Assembly (NCBI RefSeq): GCF_964204645.1
Contig: NC_134025.1
Coordinates: forward strand, 16,715,101 to 16,779,100
Direction of reading: 5' to 3'
Origin: Tubulanus polymorphus
Lineage: Eukaryota; Animalia; Nemertea
Length of the DNA: 64,000 nucleotides
This document shows positions 1 through 11,000 of the stretch, piece after piece; within the stretch, counting starts at the first letter, position 1; each line of letters opens with the position of its first letter. The translations under genes were made by a program, and so were the position numbers. The notes under the pieces were generated by a model. It did no database searches. It worked only from the letters and a program-made list of their open reading frames with translations, and was not told where the DNA came from.

Positions 1-150
1 GCTGCTCACATTTTCTATGATTGTGGTGGGTTTCAAGGTCATTGGTTTTTGTATATGGTCACTAGAGGGCGTTATGTATTGAAATTGTTAGATTGTTGAG
101 CATTTGAAACCACTGCCCAAGTGAGCATGGTGTCCCTGGACCCCTAGTTT
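1..150 (-). mobile_element. 5' end of a Helentron/HINE-like non-autonomous element, truncated by the window edge
   Basis: Bases 85-150 are the reverse complement of the head at 28081 (aactagggg..cagggacaccatgcccacttgggaagtgg..caaatgctcaacaatct). Similar heads occur at ~6758-6817, ~20140-20183, ~49685-49711 and ~50350-50382. Confidence 0.6.
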
Positions 151-441
151 GGTTTTGTCGCCCGCGACAATTCATTATTTTGGTTTTGTCGCACGCAACA
201 ATTCAATAGTTTGTTTTTTTCGTCTGCGACAATTCATTATTTTGGTTTTATCGCCCGCAACAATTCAATATTTTGGTTTTAACGCCCGCGACAATTCATT
301 ATTGTGGTTTTATCGCCCGCGACAATTCATTATTTTGGTTTTATCGGCCGCAACAATTCATTATTTTTGTTTTGTCGCCCGTGACAATTCAATATTTTGG
401 TTTTTTCACCCGCGACAATTCATAATTTTGGTTTTGTCGCC
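148..441. repeat. Tandem array, 31-bp unit, ~9.5 diverged copies
   Basis: Unit tttggttttgtcgcccgcgacaattcattat with period 31 (gg at 151, 182, ...). Each unit contains the inverted repeat TTGTCGC-CC-GCGACAA. Confidence 0.93.
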
Positions 442-494
442 GGTGGTTTTGTCGGAACATTAAGTTTTTGGTCGAACAGTGTGTTACTTGTTGT

Positions 495-770
495 TTTGGA
501 AATTTACTCGGTCTGGTATATTTTGGATTACTGTGTATGTCATTTGTCAGGACATTAAACAGAAGACGACTTAGGATACTACCTTGCGTGACTCCACTAG
601 TTAGACCGTCTCACTCCAAGATGAGGCGTTCCGTTGATTTCGGTTACAAGTTTCCATTCACAGATAACTGCTGTGTCATTTGGGCGACCTATCATTGATA
701 CTGTTTCCTAATAGCCTGTTCAGTAATGGCTGATGGTGAGCCTTATCAAATGCTTTGTTGAAATCCACCG
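495..770 (-). pseudogene. Non-LTR (CR1/L2-like) reverse transcriptase relic
   Basis: Minus-strand translation gives VDFNKAFDK and SGVTQGSILSRLLFNVLTNDI (RT motifs DFxKAFD and GVPQGSxLxPLLF), with stops and frameshifts. Confidence 0.75.
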
Positions 771-825
771 TTGAACAGGATTCTAAGACTGTGCAGAAAA
801 CCCGTTATCGCTGCTTTGCAGCTAT

Positions 826-1342
826 ATTTGTATTTATTATTTTGAGTAAGTATTAATTTGTCTGTAAAAACATGATCTTTCGGTTTTATTTTCTTCTGGT
901 ATTCACTTAAATAACTATCATCTACGGCTAAATGTTCTGGGCAATATGGTAAGTTTTCTTGTTTTAAACTTTATGTTATCAGGATATTCTAAATCAACTA
1001 CAAAGAAATAACCAATTGGTGCTTCATCTTTTAAACCCATAATTGCACTTTCCCAATCAGTTTTATCATCATTTTCAACTTCTGTTAATATAAAAGTTTT
1101 GTATGGTTGAGGTTGCATCATTGCCCAACCATAAAGATTATATGCATCAATATACAATAATTTATATTCATCATTTGCCTTAAAATATCTATCTCCCATA
1201 ACACCACTAATTCCACCTCTAATAGATTTTTCAAACAATAATACCATGTCTGGTTATTTTAATAAATCTAACTCTACGTTAGTGTATTTCAAACCACATT
1301 GCCAGGTTAAACCAGGACTAGAGTAGCAATAACAAGGATCAA
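826..1342 (-). pseudogene. Polinton/Maverick (adintovirus-like) protein-primed DNA polymerase B, polymerase-domain part, frameshifted
   Basis: YSSPGLTW, EKSIRGGIS, LLYIDAYNLYGWAM (motif A), GYFFVVDLEYP, KLILTQNNKYKY. Continues on the other side of the Penelope insertion. Confidence 0.88.
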
Positions 1343-1407
1343 TGAGGAGAGAATCCCACAATGATAATGAAAAGTCCGAAAATGAAACTTCGAGATAGTA
1401 GTTTATT

Positions 1408-1466
1408 TCAACGTTTCGACTATATCCTAATACGTTTCGACTATATCCTAATAGTCATCTTCAGGA
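1408..1466 (-). ncRNA. Minimal hammerhead ribozyme in the Penelope pLTR
   Basis: Minus strand reads CUGAAGA-U-GACUAU-uaggau-AUAGUC-GAAAC-GU, followed by AATAAA. A 21-bp tandem duplication (1411-1431 / 1432-1452) overlaps the core. Confidence 0.75.
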
Positions 1467-1779
1467 ATAATGAGATACTACAGAAATTATGAGATATATA
1501 TACAATCCAGAGACAAAGAGACTAATTCAAGTAATCAGAGATGATACAAACTAAAGGAAAATTAACGTAGAAACAGTTACACGCTAAAATAGATTAAAGG
1601 GAAGCAAACAAAGGGGTAATTATAAACAACAATAGTGAGTATAAATATAAATGAAACTTAAAGTCAGTAGTAAAAAGAAAGACAAACTAGGGGGCACTTA
1701 AATTAAAACAAAGGTGAATACAAGTTAAGTCAGAGACGAAATTGATGAGAGAACAAATAACAAATAATCAAAGGGGAAA

Positions 1780-3708
1780 TCAAGTGTTGAGTTTAACCAG
1801 TTTACAGAGGAATTTTGATATAAGTTTATTATGGGGTGAAAAACCATTGTTAAGGTTTACAACGTTGTTCGAATTTTCAATAATTAATGCAGATTCCAAA
1901 ATATGTCTTCTAGTTTTATCGCTGCAAGGGTAAATTAATTCAGCATTAGCAAAATCAAAATTGTGTGAAGTCTGAAAAACATGACTAGCAACTCCGCTTT
2001 CAGGTTTAAAGTTTTTTACATCTAATTTATGCTCTTTTATGCGTTGATTAAGGTTCCGACCTGTTTCTCCTATATATACTTTGTCGGAAACTTTACAAGG
2101 TATTTTATAAATTCCACAGTTTAGGGATTCGGTTTTCGGTTTGTTATTTATCAATATGTTACTAAGTTTATTATTGTATTTAAAGATAAGTTGTTTATTT
2201 AGTGCCCGAAGAGAAACTTTAGAATTCTCGAGGAAAGGTACATACGGTACAATGATAGGCTGTTTATCGGTAGCCAACGTAGGAGTTCTAAGGTTGTTAT
2301 TTCTAAAATGCGTAGTACGAGCTTTAAGTAGAGCTTTTTTCAATAGGAAATCGGGGTAGGCAAGTTTTTTGAGAGATTGGTTAATATGTTGAATTTCATC
2401 GGGTAGAAATGAGGGGTCGCAAATTCTCAAAGCGCGAAGAAATAATCCTTGAGCTAAACCGAGTTTAATATCCGGAGAAGTAAAAGAGAAGTAACGGAGG
2501 TAGGATTCAGCGTTGGTAGGTTTCCTATAAACCGCGAATTTCAAAAAGGATCCACAGTTAAAAATCAAAACATCCAGAAAAGGTATTTTACTATTAGATT
2601 CCCATTCATACGTAAAAGCCAGAGACGGGTAAAGGGAGTTTAAATATATAAGAAAGTTATCAACATTGAAGTCAAAGGGAACCAAAGCCAGAACATCGTC
2701 AACATATCTGAGCCAGATTTTAGGGTGAATATCAGTATAAAGAGGCAATATTTCAGATTCAACATGTTCTAGGAATAAATTAGCTAGAATAGGACTAAGA
2801 GGATTTCCCATAGCGATACCGAATGTCTGTTCGTAAAAACAATTGTTGAATTCAAAAAAGGAGTCCGTCGTACATATAGAGATAAGGTCGATGATACAAT
2901 CCGTAGGAATGCCGAAGTTAATATTAAGTGATGGTAATCTGCGTTTTAAGAAATCAAGAGTAGGTCCAAGAGGAACATTGGTAAAAAGGGAAGTAACATC
3001 AAATGATATAAATTTGTCGTTGCCAGGAATAATATTCTTAATACGTTCAAGTAAGTGTTGATTATGGCGAAGGTGCGACGGAGAGAACGAACCGAGCACC
3101 GGAGATAACTGTTTCGCGAGAAATTTAGATAACCGGTATGTAGGAGAATTACAATTGGAGACTATAGGGCGCAGTGGAACATTATCTTTATGAATTTTAG
3201 GCAATCCATAGATATATGGTAAAGAGGGAAGACATGAATGGAACTTATTCAGAGTTTCTTTAGCGGAGGGGAAACGTTTAATAATATCCGAAAGACTTCT
3301 GTTGAAATTAGCTTGCATAAGAGGAAGAGGATTCGATTTAAGTTTCTTATAAACACCAGGATTATCCAAGAGAGATTGCACTTTAACATTATAATTATCC
3401 CGATCTAAAATCACAATCTTGCCACCTTTATCAGCCTTAGATATTTTAATAGTCTTTAACTTCCGTAGTTCTTGGAGGGCGAGCCGAAATCGACGAGGTA
3501 GATATTCAAAGAGGTTCCTGTTGAGTTGATCGCAAATAGCCTGTAGATTCATGAATATAAAGTTATAGTCCAAACTGTTCGGAGATGATTTGCGATATTC
3601 CAATTGGGTGACAAAGTCAAAAACATGTTTATCTTGATGAGGAAGAGAAAAATTCAAACCGTAGCCGAGAAGTTGACACTGAGTAGAAGATAACGTGGTT
3701 GAAGACAA
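1780..3708 (-). CDS. Penelope RT + GIY-YIG endonuclease (5'-truncated; frame stays open to the inversion junction at ~3766)
   Basis: KADKG, YGLPKIHK..PLRPIVS, SFDVTSLFTNVP, GIAMGNPLSP, RYVDD, IPFLDV, VYRKPT, GIYKIPC..VYIGETGR..RIKEH. Confidence 0.95.
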   Translation of the reverse strand: MSSTTLSSTQCQLLGYGLNFSLPHQDKHVFDFVTQLEYRKSSPNSLDYNFIFMNLQAICDQLNRNLFEYLPRRFRLALQELRKLKTIKISKADKGGKIVILDRDNYNVKVQSLLDNPGVYKKLKSNPLPLMQANFNRSLSDIIKRFPSAKETLNKFHSCLPSLPYIYGLPKIHKDNVPLRPIVSNCNSPTYRLSKFLAKQLSPVLGSFSPSHLRHNQHLLERIKNIIPGNDKFISFDVTSLFTNVPLGPTLDFLKRRLPSLNINFGIPTDCIIDLISICTTDSFFEFNNCFYEQTFGIAMGNPLSPILANLFLEHVESEILPLYTDIHPKIWLRYVDDVLALVPFDFNVDNFLIYLNSLYPSLAFTYEWESNSKIPFLDVLIFNCGSFLKFAVYRKPTNAESYLRYFSFTSPDIKLGLAQGLFLRALRICDPSFLPDEIQHINQSLKKLAYPDFLLKKALLKARTTHFRNNNLRTPTLATDKQPIIVPYVPFLENSKVSLRALNKQLIFKYNNKLSNILINNKPKTESLNCGIYKIPCKVSDKVYIGETGRNLNQRIKEHKLDVKNFKPESGVASHVFQTSHNFDFANAELIYPCSDKTRRHILESALIIENSNNVVNLNNGFSPHNKLISKFLCKLVKLNT

Positions 3709-3885
3709 ATTTACTATGTTTTCGGTGTTGCTAAATCTAGTCCAAGGGCTGGAATCAATGAGTTACATATAGTCGAAACGTTGAAATAAACTACTATCTC
3801 GAAGTTTCATTTTCGGACTTTTCATTATCATTGTGGGATTCTCTCCTCATCGCGTCAACACGGATATAGTGTTCTACCAATCGTG

Positions 3886-4912
3886 AACAAGGATCAACAT
3901 TAAAATGATTTGAATTAACTTCTCTAAACTTTCCAAATATATCAGCCAATATCATAACATCTGATTTGAAGTATAAATCTACAAATTCACCATGATTTTT
4001 TATCTTAAAATGATTCCAAATATTTAATGTTCTATCAAACACTTCATCTTTCACATACTCCCTTTTAATTGATCATAAAATTGTTCTTAATAATTATGTT
4101 ACATAAAAATCATCATGCGTTTTATAAAATGAATAAGGAATTGCACCTTTAAATCTCAATAATTTAAAATCTTGTTCATTTGAATAATAATGTCGAGTTA
4201 TTATAAAATCATTATCAACTAAAGTTTTTGCTAAATTATCTAATGAACTTGCTAGAAATCTATAAGAATCTAAAAATCTAATGCAACCAAATTGAAATGA
4301 AATATAATTTCAGATGTCTTAGCTAATAGTTTAAAATCATATTTTCTTACATTTGCACCATTCATAGCATTATATTCTTCTATTTCTTGAATAATTGCGC
4401 CCAATTTTCCTGATAATTGTTTCATAAATAGATGGGTATCATAGCCTGATAAATTATGAAATAATATTGGTACGAAATTAACTTTTCTTAGCTTGTAAAT
4501 TGCAATCTTCATGAGCAGCTCCACGATATTTTGAATTTAAATGATCATGATCTCTAACTTTTTTATCAAATGAATAAAAACGTTTTTCACAGTAACAACA
4601 ATGAGTTGCATAATTAAAATCAATTTCATCTTCTTTTGTCATAACTTTTCTTTTATTTTTGTTTAATAATTGTGCAAAATCACTTTCTAATTCAATTATT
4701 TTATTACAAAATTCATTTACTACATCTTCACCTCTAAAATAAATGTATTGACTTTGATATAATTCAGGATAATTTGATTTTATATAAATTCCATAAGCAG
4801 CAGCTCTTTGATGAACTTTTTTAATTGTATTTATAATTGGTGGGTCATGAATTATATCTTCATTTAGTTCATTTCCTTTATCCATTGATTTTAAAAATTC
4901 CTTTTTGTTATA
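3886..4912 (-). pseudogene. Polinton/adintovirus-like PolB, N-terminal endonuclease-VII-like and 3'-5' exonuclease part
   Basis: CCYCEK..VRDHDHLNSKYRGAAHEDCNL, FHNLSGYDTHLF (ExoII), FLDSYRFLASSLDNL, FKGAIPYSF, YFKSDVMILADIF (ExoIII). Several frameshifts. Confidence 0.88.
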
Positions 4913-5217
4913 TATGTAGACCGTTCTCGTCAATGCCTCGCCGCGTCGATCTATCCAAGCGCATCTCCATATTTAGTTTTTACCTTTTCTAATTTCAATA
5001 TTTTCAGTTCAATTTCTTTTGTAACATCGACTAACTTTTTTATTTCAAATTTTTTCTTTGTTGGTTTTATTCTGTTATTTATTGTTGCTAAGAATGCTTT
5101 TCTATCTCCCATTTATTATGGGAAAAATTACTTGTGGTGATGAGTGGTGTGTCGTCCTCACGTCCTCTGGCCTGAAACCCTGATATTACAATTACTTGAG
5201 TAATTCTTACATTCGAT

Positions 5218-5285
5218 TGCTTAATTACAGGTGGAAAGAGGTCAGATGGCATGCTTAATTACAGGTGGAAAGAGGTCAGATGGCA
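5218..5285. repeat. 34-bp exact tandem duplication
   Basis: tgcttaattacaggtggaaagaggtcagatggca x2. Confidence 0.9.
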
Positions 5286-5626
5286 TGAAAATCGACTGAT
5301 ATAGCCAAAATGCTTGTACCATAAGGGGTACACAAATTATCCGAAGATCAATGAAAACTTCACCTTGTTGATCGTCAGTTGATTTAGCTGTAATTATTTG
5401 AGCCGTTAAGAACCAAACCGGATCATCCCATATTTTTTTTAAATATTGGGTTCTGACGGACATGTCAGAGTATAACCTGGGGTTCATGCTAGAGTGGATC
5501 TACCCTAACTAGGTCATTTAATCAATAAACTGTATACATTTTACTCTTCTCACTCTAAGCATTAAACCTGTTGAGAATGTGCCAAAGTGGGATATCGCAA
5601 AAAATCCCAGAATTCTTATGTAAACA

Positions 5627-5756
5627 TGGTTGCACGTTATTTAAGTGAACAGCAAGTAAGAAAATTAATTGCGGATAATGGTCAAGGCGATGATAGCGAT
5701 GATGAGGACTACATAGAACATAAAAGTGCAAATGAGTCTTCATCCGATGATTCAGG
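5627..5756 (+). pseudogene. Probable first exon of the Sola-like transposase (acidic N-terminus)
   Basis: MVARYLSEQQVRKLIADNGQGDDSDDEDYIE..SSDDS ending at cag|gtattt, just inside the left TIR. Confidence 0.5.
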
Positions 5757-7033
5757 TATTTCGACTTTTTTACTATAAAAAAGACATTTTTAGTTTTTGG
5801 GATGTACCGAAATGCTTCTCATCACCTTTGTTTTGTGTATGTTGGTTACCCCATTATGGCAATGCTCGTATATAATGGAATCCTAACCCAGTAAACACTC
5901 AACTAAAATACAACGTTGATTCTGCGCTGATATTTAAACATATTGCAGCCTATGTCGATTCGATGTTGATGCTACGGTTTCTATCGATGCCTATTTCGGG
6001 ATTCAAAGTCGTTGAATGTTCAATGTTGATTCAATGTATTTCCGACATTAGATTATGATATTCAAGAAATATCCATAAAAAGGATTATTTCAAATAAAAA
6101 TGTTCATCATCCATAGTTTTCGTTTGCCAGTTTTCATTGAGTCACTGAGAAAAATAGCACTCGACTCGGCCACGCAGGATTCGTACCCATCTGCAGATGG
6201 CTCGAGAGGCATTGTGGGTAAAACTTGAACATGGCGGCCGTTGGAAACACCGATGCACTTAATCTTGTGAAAAATTGTTGTTCCAGTGAATCTCGAAGGT
6301 AAATATTGAGGTTTTTATTTCAGTATTTTTGTACTTAGATCAGACATTCAATATTCGTGGTATTGTACAGAATTGAATCCTGGAATAAGTCGATGCAGTC
6401 CGATATAGTTTCACCCCTTCCGATTCTTAAAATGCGCATGCTGTGGCGTGCGCGTTGTCATTGAACCATGAAGATCTTTGTGGATTCGAATCGAATCCCA
6501 TTCAATAGCCGAACAATGAAAGCTGGCCTATCCCAAGTTTATCGCCGATTGCGGATCCAGAGCTTGAACCGGCGCTTTTCTGACCAATTTAGGGATCCCA
6601 GAGTTCCGTGGATCAGCTGAAATCCACTGTTTTGCCCATGTTTTGTCCGTGATTTTAATTTGTGGTCTCTAAGATCGATGTAAATTTGTTGTAAACATAA
6701 TGTGGGGGGGGGGGGGTGTAAAAGCGTCCATTAACGATATGTTTTTCCGAAAAAAAAGATTGTTGAGCATTTGAAACCACTTCCCAAGTGGGCATGGTGT
6801 CCCTGGACCCCTTGTTTATATGGTCACCAGGTGACCTTGGATAGCCTTAGAACTTTGCAAACCGATTTGCAAACCAGATTTTAATTCTTTAAACGAAGCT
6901 AACCGGGCTTAGAATATACCCAAAAGAGTTGATATGATAATGTACACGGAAATATTCACGTAATGATTATAAAAATAGCATGAATATCAACAATAACTCA
7001 CAAAACGTATAAGTAACACTAAATTGTTTGAAA

Positions 7034-8023
7034 ATGTCTTTGGGAACATCGACGACCGACTCCCGGCACAATCCTTTCAGTCGAATTATTATCATTTCCA
7101 GTTGCCGTTTTAACTCGAATGATGTCTCTCAAGAAATGGCGTTTTATCGATGCTAAACAGCGTGAAGATTTTAATAGTGAAGTTAAAAGTTCTGATAGTC
7201 AACCTCCCTCAGATATAGAACCACCCTCACACAAAGAAACATCCTCAGATATAGGAACACCCTCTGAGACTGAATGAACAATCGGGCAGTGCACAAGAGT
7301 TAACTGAAGATGCTTTTACTGATTCTGATTCTGATCCCTGTCCGTACTGGTATGACGCGAATTCTACTGACAATGATGTTGACGATGCAAGCTTAGCCCA
7401 GCAATTGGCAGGATGGGGAGTTGAGAGTAAATGCACAGAGGCAAACTTTAATAAACTGCTCGCAATTCTCCGAGCTCATGGACATGAATTACCAAAAGAT
7501 TGCCGTACTCTGTTGAAACGACCGCGGAAGAATAATTTTACAAGGGAACTTTGTTGGGGTCACTATGTATACTTTGGTATAGAAACAAGTATAGTCAAGT
7601 GTCTTCGTAGAAATGAGACATTTGTAATGAATGAGAATTCAGTTGAACTTTTGATAAATGTTGATGGTATTCCTTTAATCAAGTCAAGCAAAAACAGTTC
7701 TGGCCAATACTTAGGAGTTTTCCTGTTTTGATCCATTTATTATTGGCTCATGGATTGGTGACTCTAAACCTAACGATGTGGTAGTGTACATGAAAGATTT
7801 TCTAGATGAATATGTATATCTGAAAAACCATTGCATCACTTATTCCGATAAGCAGTTTTCTGTTTCCATCAATGCTTTTGTGTGTGACACCCCTGCAAGA
7901 GGATTTTTAAAGTGTACTGTTGGGCATAACGGGTATTCTTCGTGTGAGCGATGTAAGATACACGGAAATTGGGAAGGACGTATTGTATTCAATTCTCCCA
8001 AGAAATACGTTGCAAGGACTGAA
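7034..8023 (+). pseudogene. EnSpm transposase, 5' part (frameshifted)
   Basis: LPKDCRTLL, GHYVYFGIE, LLINVDGIPL, FVCDTPARGFLKC..GHNGYSSCERC. Ends at RT| where the BEL element inserted. Confidence 0.85.
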
Positions 8024-11000
8024 TGTGCTGTTTTCCCTTAGGTTAGGTCCTCGACAAGACTACAGACACGAACTCTGGTATAGACTTGATATATAATATA
8101 GATTTTATTTTGCAGTTTGGGTACTTATAGTACGTACAGTCATGCTCATTGAACTATGTTACAGAAAATCAGTCAACTACGCAAAGCAGTTACAACTGTG
8201 TATAATACATGAACATATGATACATAAATCATAATACATAAATGAATATTTCACAAAAACTTCGTACTTTCACAAATTAATCACACGTATCTTTGCACAA
8301 ATTATAATACGCATCCTCCGGGGCGCAAAATGTCAATTGTCTTGTTGGAGAATATTCCTGATTCTCACGGACGCTTCTTCGGCGGCAAGACGACGCGGAC
8401 GATTGATCTCTGGACGAAAAGCATCTATATTTCCTGGTACGGAAGATTCGAAGTCCGGCGTACACGTTATTTCGAGCGGTATAAGTTTAACGATCGGTCT
8501 GTTGGTCCTACCGACAGCAGTCTTCACGGTAGCTATTCGCGGAAGGTTATCTTTCCCGGTATGTATTTCCGTAACAACGCCGAGTTTCCATTTTATTCGC
8601 GGCGATTCATCGTGTATGTGAACTACATCTCCGACCCGGATTTCATCATTGTATTTACCTGACACGGATTTATACTTTTCTCTGAGCGAAAGTAAATATT
8701 CAGAATGCCACCTTCTCCACAGCTGTTGGAAAATATAACTCATTTTTCGTGATCTATTGGAAACATTTTGTTTCGTTAAGACAAATTCGGGATCTTTTGA
8801 TTCAGTCTCATCAATCTCAACATGTGGCAAATTTCGTATCCTGTGTCCTGTTAAGAAATGTGCAGGGGTGATAGGGTTGGGATCAGTAATGTTGGATGAC
8901 ACGCATGTCAATGGACGGTCATTTACGACACTCTCTATTTCAGTGACGATTGTTATCAACTCAGTACTATTGACACGAGACCGGCCGAGTACTTTTTTCA
9001 AGCATGTTTTGACGATACCAACGAGCCTCTCCCAGTATCCGCCCATCCAAGGGGCTCGTTTTGGAATAAACGACCACTCCACATTTTCATTGCAGAGTTT
9101 ATGTGTTAAGCTAGGTGAGGTCAGTAGATTCTTTATTTCCTGTGATGCGGAGCAGAAAGTTGATGCATTATCCGACATCATTTTCTGAGGTGTGCCTCGA
9201 CGACTTGCAAAACGGCGGAAAGTATGCATGAAAGTTTCAACAGATAAATTGGACACGCACTCCAAGTGTAGAGCCCTTGTGACAGCACAAGTAAATAGGC
9301 ATATGTACATTTTCTCAGGTTGATCAGTGACCAGGATTTCCCCTGTTAAATCCACACCGTAGATAGCGAAAGGACGTGCTTCAGAGACTCGCAGTGAAGG
9401 TAAAGGGGGGCTTTGAGGTGCCATGTAAGATTTTCCGATCACTTTTTTGCATGTAACACATGAACGAATGACAGATTTGACAACTTGTCGTACTCTAGGA
9501 ATCCAGTACTTTTTTTCGAACTACCGTCACAGTTTGATTGACTCCCTGATGGAATGACCGATTATGACTATCCCAAACGACTAACTTCGTGTATGGATCG
9601 TTTGGCGGCAATAGAATTGGAAATCGCGTCTCAGATGGAATATGAGCATTATGAATACGACCTGCAGATCGGAGTATGCGGTCTTTCAAAAACAAACGCA
9701 ATTGATTGATGATTTGATACTGCCTAGAAGGTAGGTTTTCACTGAGGCATTTTATTTCATGGTTGTAGTGAGTATTCTGAACTGATTTTACAAGGAATAA
9801 CTCAGATGCATGTAACTCCGATATTGTTAATTCGTCTGTGTTTCTAATCTTTGACTTCAAACAATTGATATAACGAAAAACATACGCAGTCGTGCGTAGC
9901 AATGTGCGAAGTGAAGAAAAATGAGAAAGATCAATAATAGGCTCGAGGTAGACGAATGTATCTCTGCTCAACAAAGATATCTCCGTATCATCAGAAACGG
10001 TTTCCATTACTCCAGGATTTGAGGGCCATTTATCAATAATGGTAAGCCAGCTGGGCCCTTTTAACCATAGTAGGCTTTCATTCAAAGATTGACCGTTGAA
10101 GCCCCTACTGAGAATGTCAGCCGGGTTATCTTGAGATGGAACGTATTTCCATGGATTTGTACCGACCAATTCTTTGATGACTTTGACTCGGTTTTTTATA
10201 AATAGAGGTAGATTTTTGGATGAAAGGATCCACCCTAAAGTAACCAGACTATCCGTCCAAAGATGAACATGTGGATTGATCTCAGAGTTTAAACTCTCAA
10301 TGATGTGTTTTGCTAGCTTCGAAGCAACAACAGCTGCACACAGTTCTAGTCTCGGAATAGAGACTGTCTTTACCGGAGTTACTCGACTTTTGGCGATGAT
10401 CAAATTTGAAATCGAGCTTCTATTGCAACAAAGATAGGCACATGCCCCATACGCTTTTGCTGATGCGTCGGCAAAGACATGTAAATTCAATACATCAGTA
10501 CGAAAAATTGGATCCGGGCATCTGGGAATAGAAAAAGTAGAACTTATAGTATGTAAGCACATGGATAGTTTCGACCATTCAGCAACAATTGAATCATTCA
10601 GTGGCTCGTCCCATTCTAGGCCCATTGACCAGAGATTTTGCATGAATATTTTCGCGCGAATAGTTACAGGGGTAAGCAGACCAAGTGGATCATATATCTT
10701 GCTGGCTGCACTCAAGATTTCACGTTTGGTTAGGAGCTCATCTGGTGCAGTCAAAGAACGTTCCACTTTAAACCTAGAAATTTGACAGTTGTAGAATTGT
10801 CAGAGACCCCATCGGAAACAGCAAGTTCATGTGTAGATTCGCAATTAGAAGCCCAAGATCTAAGATTGAATTTTGCATCATTCATTAATTCGCGACTTTC
10901 AAGATAATAGTTGTCCAATTCATCGGATGACGGAACAGATACACCGAAATTATCAACATAAACGTTAGAAAGCATGGATCTGGAAACAGTAGAATCGTAT

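Larger units (their letters stand above)
1342..3885 (-). mobile_element. Penelope-like retroelement 1: 5'-truncated, inverted pLTR copy, 35-nt tail
   Basis: Perfect 84-bp inverted repeat 1342-1425 / 3767-3850. TSD AACAAGGATCAA at 1331-1342 and 3886-3897. RT + GIY-YIG ORF inside. Confidence 0.93.

Noticed and set aside
148-441. CRISPR-like palindromic repeats and ORF 149-463
   Set aside because: Units are contiguous with no unique spacers, there are no cas genes and the context is eukaryotic. The ORF is just the repeat translated.
3794-4054. 86-aa ORF as a standalone gene
   Set aside because: Chimeric read-through from PolB ExoIII into the Penelope tail and inverted pLTR.
826-5300. Complete Polinton
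   Set aside because: No AGT/AG-repeat TIRs, 6-bp TSD, integrase, ATPase or capsid genes are visible.
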